NCBI GenBank assembly: GCA_050298055.1
Contig: JBNKTL010000071.1
Location: 1-12,642 of the forward strand
Origin: Spirochaetota bacterium
GTDB taxonomy: Bacteria; Spirochaetota; UBA4802; UBA5550
Length of the DNA stretch: 12,642 nt
Direction of reading: 5' to 3'
Shown here: piece by piece, positions 7,806 through 12,642 of the stretch
Numbering within the stretch: the first letter of the stretch is position 1
Layout: each line of letters starts with the position of its first letter
Made by a program: the position numbers and the translations under genes
The notes under the pieces: generated by a model
Databases searched by the model: none
Told to the model about the DNA's origin: nothing
What the model saw: the letters and a program-made list of their open reading frames with translations, nothing else

Positions 7806-8970
7806 CCAGTTCCCTGTTTTTCTTCTGGAGCTCAAGGAGCTCTTCGATATCTTCAATCTTTTTCTTAATATTTTTATGGTAAGGGTTAAAATCCCTGCAG
7901 AGCTTAAATTCATTAAGGGCCCCTTCAAAGTCGTTGGAAATAAAGAATTTAATTCCCCGCTTGTAATGGTATTCCGCGCGTTTTTTGTGTTCAATGGTAA
8001 TGACCTTGGGAATAAGCTTGAAGGAGAGGCTCACGGAATAGGAGGGTCCGAAAATCCCGGAATCCTGGTAAGATGTATCAACAATAAATGAAACATCTTT
8101 TACAACATAATTCACTCCCATTCCCATGGAATAGGAGGACCCGTCATTGAACTTGTATCCGCCCCTCAGGAAGACAAGGTTGAGGTAATTCAGTTCAATC
8201 CCCGTGTTGATTCTGAAGCTTTCGTCGAAACCATATGTAAAATCATACAGGTCCGATGTATTTAAAAAGTTCTCAGTGAGGTCTACATTGAGACCGAACC
8301 ACTTGGTCAACTTGTATGATATCCCGAATCTTATCAACCGGGGAAGAGGTGAATCTTTTGCTTTGGTCCCGAGGTTCTGCACAGAGAATCCCACATGGAA
8401 ATTCCTGATGGGCGCGTCAAAGGGTGAATACATATAGAGGCCTTTTAATACACCGAGGTCAATGGCAACCGAACTGAGAAACAGGGTATCAATCTTCTGA
8501 TAGACATATTTTACCGAGCCCCCCACATAGACGAAGTCAAGGTTATATCCATACGCAGTGGTAAAATTCCCATTGTAGTATTTAACCTCTCCTGTCTTGT
8601 TCCCGTCGATATCGATCTTGTCAAAGGGAGGTACCCAGAAAAGAGAGTTAGAGATCCCCAGGAACCCGTTATAGAGGGGAAAAGCCACGCTGATATTTTC
8701 GTACCGGGAATCAAGGAGCAGCTCCTGGTGCTGAAGGGAAAGCATAGGGTATTTCATCGAAGCGATACCCGCGGGATTATAGTAGATGAGGTTGATATCA
8801 TCAATCTCAGCGGTAAATGCCTCCCCCATGGCAAGGGGCCGGCTCCCGATACCGAGCTCAAGAAAATCCGCACCCGATGTTCCTCCGGATTCGGCACCAT
8901 ACACCCCGGACACGGATATCACCAATGCCGCGGTCATTAATACACATATTGAATAGATATTTTTTATCAT
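7780..8970 (-). CDS. PorV/PorQ-UPF0164 family (FadL-like) outer-membrane protein with C-terminal TPR and coiled coil
   Basis: 396 aa with a signal peptide, the family N-terminal motif ADFLELGIGSRPLAMGEAFTA..DD...IYYNPAG, and VQNLG, LPRLIRFG, GIE, FLRGGY. The barrel ends near YSVSLSF and is followed by TPR-like AEYHYKRGIKFFISNDFEGALNEFKLCRDFNP. Confidence 0.85.
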   Translation of the reverse strand: MIKNIYSICVLMTAALVISVSGVYGAESGGTSGADFLELGIGSRPLAMGEAFTAEIDDINLIYYNPAGIASMKYPMLSLQHQELLLDSRYENISVAFPLYNGFLGISNSLFWVPPFDKIDIDGNKTGEVKYYNGNFTTAYGYNLDFVYVGGSVKYVYQKIDTLFLSSVAIDLGVLKGLYMYSPFDAPIRNFHVGFSVQNLGTKAKDSPLPRLIRFGISYKLTKWFGLNVDLTENFLNTSDLYDFTYGFDESFRINTGIELNYLNLVFLRGGYKFNDGSSYSMGMGVNYVVKDVSFIVDTSYQDSGIFGPSYSVSLSFKLIPKVITIEHKKRAEYHYKRGIKFFISNDFEGALNEFKLCRDFNPYHKNIKKKIEDIEELLELQKKNRELDEELKKFQ

Positions 8971-9002
8971 AAAACCGGTAATTCTTACTATTCCCCTGTC
9001 CC

Positions 9003-9025
9003 TTTACAGCAATGAAAACTGTAAA
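9003..9025. promoter_or_regulatory. Candidate operator or leader hairpin upstream of the PorV-like gene
   Basis: Perfect 7-bp inverted repeat TTTACAG-N9-CTGTAAA, 32 nt upstream of the start codon at 8970. Function not demonstrated. Confidence 0.35.
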
Positions 9026-9166
9026 TTCCCCCCTTTAATAGATATGAAAAAAAACACAAAATGCCCATAAATTATTACCATTTTTTTATATAATAAGTTC
9101 ATAAAAAAACAGGTAACTGCTCAGCAATGGATAAAAACAGGCGTACTATTGAATAAAAGATACCGG

Positions 9167-9195
9167 ATATGTCCCCGTCCCGGGCAGGGACATAT
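9167..9195 (-). terminator. Stem-loop, possible terminator for the nadA-hypothetical unit
   Basis: ATATGTCCC (9167-9175) pairs perfectly with GGGACATAT (9187-9195), about 120 nt past the stop at 9319. The T-run on the minus strand is displaced by several nt, so the terminator call is tentative. Confidence 0.4.
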
Positions 9196-9318
9196 TGTTG
9201 ATATTTCATTACGTAAATTTATTTTAGCCATATAGCTGAGTAGTTAGAAAAAAAGCAATTTAAAATTGTATAGTATAAATGAATTAAAACGAGATAAACA
9301 GGGAATTACCCGGAATTT

Positions 9319-10512
9319 CTAAAAACAGATCTTTGAAAGGATACCGGGTATCTCATCTCTCTTTTCCCGGTTTATTATTTCAATATCAAATGCGTTATCA
9401 TAAATTCTGTTGTACTCAGCAGTAATTTCCCGTACGATCCCCGTATTCTTTTTATGGGTCAATATAAGAATTATATCACTTTTAACCCTGATAATTGAAG
9501 CGTCATCATCAAGGCCGTTGGCAAACCGGGAAATCAGATACTTAATCTCGTAGAGCATCTCTTTGTCACAAACCCGGGAAATCTTTATCAAAATGCCATT
9601 TAAATCTTCCGAGATAACAGAAATGGCGAGGAGAATCTCCACAACACCCACAAGTGAATCCAGATCGTCATACCTGCGAAGATCAATGGAGGGCATTAAG
9701 CTGCCAAGCGAGAGATAGAGGGGAATTGAAAGCTCATTTTTCAGCACCTCCATCCTGTTCAGGAGATCACCGCTACTCTGTTCTTTCAACCTGAAAATAA
9801 TTATCGGGGAGAGGTATTCAGCCAGGGGAGCCGTCCCATGGCCCCGGTTCAGCTCTTTTATTAAATTTTTGGTAATTGAACTCAGCCTGACAAAAAGGAG
9901 CATTTCCCCGCCCTCTTCATCTTCAAGACCGCTGAACTTTTTGGAGAGAAAACTGTCCCCGTTTATCTCATCAGCTGTGAGCATATACCCGCTTTCTTTT
10001 TCCAAAATCTGTTTGAAAAGCCTGTCTTTCAGGTTTATGATAATGTCTGTTTTACTTTCCGGTTTTAATTCAGTGTAAGCCGAGGAGAAACACCTGTCAT
10101 TGATATTAAACGAGAGAATATCATAAACGGAGATCTCCATTGAGTTGAAAGCCGTTTTCAGGTAAGCGGCAATCCCTTTTGCCAGCTCATTATCAGTATC
10201 CAGAACAAAGGGATTAAAAGATGAATGTACGCTTTCAATTTCACCAAGGGATTTAATGCGGTAAAAAATCTTATGGAGCCTGTAGAGAAGCTTACTTTCG
10301 GTGAGGCCGTCAATATCCTCCTCTTCGGTCTTTTCTTCTTCGTTGGAGACAATTCTGTTGACAAGAGATTTGAGTTCCCTGTTAAAGGTCTTGCTTCTCA
10401 GGATATTCTCATCGGTATCAGCGGCCATTCCGGGATCAATGCCGCTCTCCTCTCTGCCGGAGTTTTCACTTTTCTGTGTATCCACCTGCTGCCTCTTATC
10501 CTGAAAGTTCAA
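9319..10512 (-). CDS. Hypothetical cytoplasmic protein, possibly GAF-like middle region plus degenerate GGDEF-like C-terminus
   Basis: 397-aa uninterrupted ORF in AT-rich DNA that fills the gap and is co-oriented with its neighbours. The TTG start overlaps the nadA stop by 17 nt; the ATG of Met30 is an alternative start. No signal peptide. Domain guess is by eye only. Confidence 0.75.
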   Translation of the reverse strand: MNFQDKRQQVDTQKSENSGREESGIDPGMAADTDENILRSKTFNRELKSLVNRIVSNEEEKTEEEDIDGLTESKLLYRLHKIFYRIKSLGEIESVHSSFNPFVLDTDNELAKGIAAYLKTAFNSMEISVYDILSFNINDRCFSSAYTELKPESKTDIIINLKDRLFKQILEKESGYMLTADEINGDSFLSKKFSGLEDEEGGEMLLFVRLSSITKNLIKELNRGHGTAPLAEYLSPIIIFRLKEQSSGDLLNRMEVLKNELSIPLYLSLGSLMPSIDLRRYDDLDSLVGVVEILLAISVISEDLNGILIKISRVCDKEMLYEIKYLISRFANGLDDDASIIRVKSDIILILTHKKNTGIVREITAEYNRIYDNAFDIEIINREKRDEIPGILSKICF

Positions 10513-11398
10513 GCATCCTGTTCAATGCTTCCACGGCTTTCTCCCTGGTATCTTTATTAACGGTTATAACCGGTGACTCATTGAGGAGAGAATGGTAAAC
10601 TTTTTCAAGGCTGTTTTTTTTCATATTGGGACAGATAAATGAGTCCGATGCCGGTATAAATTCAATTCCCGGCGCGGCGATCTTAAGCCTGTGGATCATC
10701 CCCGATTCTGTTCCCACAATGATCTTTTTGGCGTCTGTTTTTTCCACGAACTTCACCATTTGCCCCGTGGAGAGGACTTCGTCCGCACTGTCAATGACCT
10801 CCGGCCGGCATTCGGGATGAACCATAACCAGGGCATCGGGGTGTTCCTCTTTTATCTTCAGGAGGTCTTCACGGGTAAAGTTCTCATGTGTGGGACAGAA
10901 ACCCTTCCAGGGTATGATCTCCTTTTGGGTAAAGCGCTGCACATATGCTGCCAGGTTTTTATCGGGAGTAAAAATTATTTTTTGCGCATTGGCCTTTTGG
11001 ACGATGCTCACTGCGTTGGATGATGTGCAGATAACATGGGACAGGGCCTTGACCTCCGCAGATGAGTTTATGTAAGTCACCACCATGGCGTCGGGATGTT
11101 CGTTTTTCAGCTCACGGAGCCCTTCGGGGTCAACCATATCCGCCATGGGGCACCCCGCATCAGGCACGGGGAGTATGACCTTTTTCCCGGGAGAGAGCAT
11201 TGCCGCGGACTCCGCCATAAAGTGGACTCCGCAGAATACGATAATATCCGCATCTGTTTCCGCAGCCTCCCGGGAAAGCTGCAGGGAATCGCCGTTTATA
11301 TGGGCAATGTCCTGGATCTCGCCCTTCTGGTAGTTGTGGGCCAGGATAACGGCATTCCTCTCTGCCGCCAGTTTTTTTATCTCATTGATGATATCCAT
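10496..11398 (-). CDS. nadA: Quinolinate synthase A
   Basis: Motifs LAHNYQ, GDSL, FCGVHFMAE, YINSSA, TSSNA, HPEC, STG and GTE, plus the three [4Fe-4S] cysteines in GCPMA, FCPTH and ICPNMK. ATG at 11398 preferred over GTG at 11404 because of GGAAG spacing. Confidence 0.98.
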   Translation of the reverse strand: MDIINEIKKLAAERNAVILAHNYQKGEIQDIAHINGDSLQLSREAAETDADIIVFCGVHFMAESAAMLSPGKKVILPVPDAGCPMADMVDPEGLRELKNEHPDAMVVTYINSSAEVKALSHVICTSSNAVSIVQKANAQKIIFTPDKNLAAYVQRFTQKEIIPWKGFCPTHENFTREDLLKIKEEHPDALVMVHPECRPEVIDSADEVLSTGQMVKFVEKTDAKKIIVGTESGMIHRLKIAAPGIEFIPASDSFICPNMKKNSLEKVYHSLLNESPVITVNKDTREKAVEALNRMLELSG

Positions 11399-11421
11399 AG
11401 TCACTTCCGCAAATTTTACTC

Positions 11422-11449
11422 AAGATATTTTTTTCGGAATATTTATCAA
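11422..11449 (-). promoter_or_regulatory. Candidate sigma70-type promoter for nadA
   Basis: Minus strand reads TTGATA (11449-11444), a 16-nt spacer, then TATCTT (11427-11422), about 23 nt upstream of the ATG. AT-rich context lowers specificity. Confidence 0.4.
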
Positions 11450-11469
11450 GGAAAAATTGGAAGATCATG

Positions 11470-12228
11470 TTACTGTCGCCCCTGTAATTTTTGCCATTCA
11501 TCCGTTTCCAGGAAACTTTCTTCAACACTTGACTCCATTTCCCGGAACATCTTATAAGGCACAGTAAAAGACAGGGTGCAGCTGTCCAGAATACTCCGTT
11601 TGGAGATATCGAAAAAGCCGATTACTCCCCTTGGATTGTCTCTCTTTATTTCCGCATACGCAAAGAGGAGAGACTGGCATGCGCCTCCAAACGGGGCGGT
11701 AACGCTCTGGTTTGTCCCCCGGTTATAATCACTCATTACCACTAACGCGGACAACTGGTCTGCATTAACAAAAAAAACAATTAACTCCGGTTCATCCTTT
11801 TCGGTTAACTGGTCCCAGGGCTTGAATACAACATATTCCGTGGGAACATCAGTGAATGGAAGCGAATTTACCCACTTTCTGGCCAGGTCAGGGCTTTTAT
11901 AAAATCTTTCACCTTCTGCCATTAAAGAACCGGCCCTGCCCATTTGAGCGGCCATTTCTTTATTTCCCGTGGACAAGAGGTCATCAATGGGAAATTTCTG
12001 GTAACAGTCCCCAAATCCCAGGCCCGTTCCCCCTCCCGGGCAGCCAAATGTCTTCCGGTCAAAGTACGCCATACGGTTTTTTTTACTTGTACTTACCAGC
12101 ATTGCGGCCACACACCCGAACATGCCCCCCTCTTTAAAGTGGAGCCCCTCGGCCGGTTTTTCATCACTGAGGATAACCGCTACCGGCTGCATTTTTAACT
12201 TTAAGGATTGTATTAATTTGCTCTCCAT
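11470..12228 (-). CDS. DUF169 family protein
   Basis: 252 aa with PVAVILSDEKP, GCV, FGCPGGGTGLGFG, GERFYKSP, PELIVFFVNADQLSAL, APFGGACQS, GFFDISKR and LSFTVP. SD GAGGT 7 nt upstream of the ATG. Confidence 0.85.
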   Translation of the reverse strand: MESKLIQSLKLKMQPVAVILSDEKPAEGLHFKEGGMFGCVAAMLVSTSKKNRMAYFDRKTFGCPGGGTGLGFGDCYQKFPIDDLLSTGNKEMAAQMGRAGSLMAEGERFYKSPDLARKWVNSLPFTDVPTEYVVFKPWDQLTEKDEPELIVFFVNADQLSALVVMSDYNRGTNQSVTAPFGGACQSLLFAYAEIKRDNPRGVIGFFDISKRSILDSCTLSFTVPYKMFREMESSVEESFLETDEWQKLQGRQ

Positions 12229-12246
12229 TTAAATACCTCACTATTC

Positions 12247-12399
12247 TCAGTATACCCTGATCCCATACAATTCCCTGCCATCTGCGGGATTCACAAAAAT
12301 TTGCTTAACAGAAATAGAAATTTCAGAACCAATCCAGAGGGAGGCAAAGAGAATATGAAAACTCCTTAACCACTTTTGTCCGCTGCTATCTAATTTCAT
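12247..12399 (-). pseudogene. Truncated DUF2269-like membrane protein gene (50 aa)
   Basis: Hand-translated: MKLDSSGQKWLRSFHILFASLWIGSEISISVKQIFVNPADGRELYGIRVY*. KWL+xxHI...WxG...ELYG resembles the first helix of DUF2269 proteins (recall). SD-like AGGAAAAGGT upstream. Stops 18 nt before the DUF169 ATG. Confidence 0.65.
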
Positions 12400-12642
12400 A
12401 GGAATGACCTTTTCCTAAATATTGTGGTATATTTCCCACATTCAACATCAGTTTTTTAGCACAAGTCAAGAATTTTATCATATACCCGGCAAGTCCCCGG
12501 GAGGAGTATATTCACTACATCAGTGAAAGGGATCAAACTCTTAAGATTTTATCGGATTGGACGTGATTGAATTTCCGGGATGAAGTCCGGCGCTCTGATG
12601 CGGAATGTTTTTTCACTATTCGGCTATGGTGAGGAGTTTTTC

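Noticed and set aside
7806..7994. 63-aa N-terminal extension of RNase PH in the ORF track
   Set aside because: It lies within the PorV-like gene's TPR region, and RNase PH similarity begins only at the ATG at 7805.
11405..11469. NAD-related riboswitch or NrtR/NiaR operator upstream of nadA
   Set aside because: The gap is short and AT-rich with only a weak dyad; no recognisable consensus.
12247..12249. Selenocysteine or stop readthrough joining the 50-aa ORF to DUF169
   Set aside because: The TGA is followed in frame by GAA TAG TGA, so further stops block readthrough.
12616..12642. Possible 3' end of an upstream minus-strand gene (EKLLTIAE*)
   Set aside because: Only eight codons at the window edge; cannot be supported.

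Overview
Bacterial chromosomal window in which all credible genes lie on the minus strand. In transcription order (right to left): a 50-codon truncated DUF2269-like remnant missed by the ORF track, a DUF169 protein, nadA, an uncharacterised 397-aa protein (possibly GAF-like plus a degenerate GGDEF-like C-terminus), a PorV/UPF0164 (FadL-like) outer-membrane barrel with a C-terminal TPR, rph, a YjbH-like outer-membrane protein, a DUF192 protein, hflX, secA and a phosphohexomutase (glmM-type). Most genes abut or overlap within four small clusters separated by AT-rich spacers. The spacers carry a 10-mer-periodic inverted repeat, a heptamer tandem array, GC-rich hairpins and many CCGG sites. From recall, the Cys-free basic SecA tail, the SecA variable insert and the UPF0164+TPR gene suggest a spirochaete, probably Leptospirae-related; this is inference and was not searched. 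I found no CRISPR array, RNA gene, transposase or integrase, and no complete novel multi-gene system that I can support. The best leads are the intergenic repeat elements, the DUF2269-like remnant and the nadA-coupled unknown protein.
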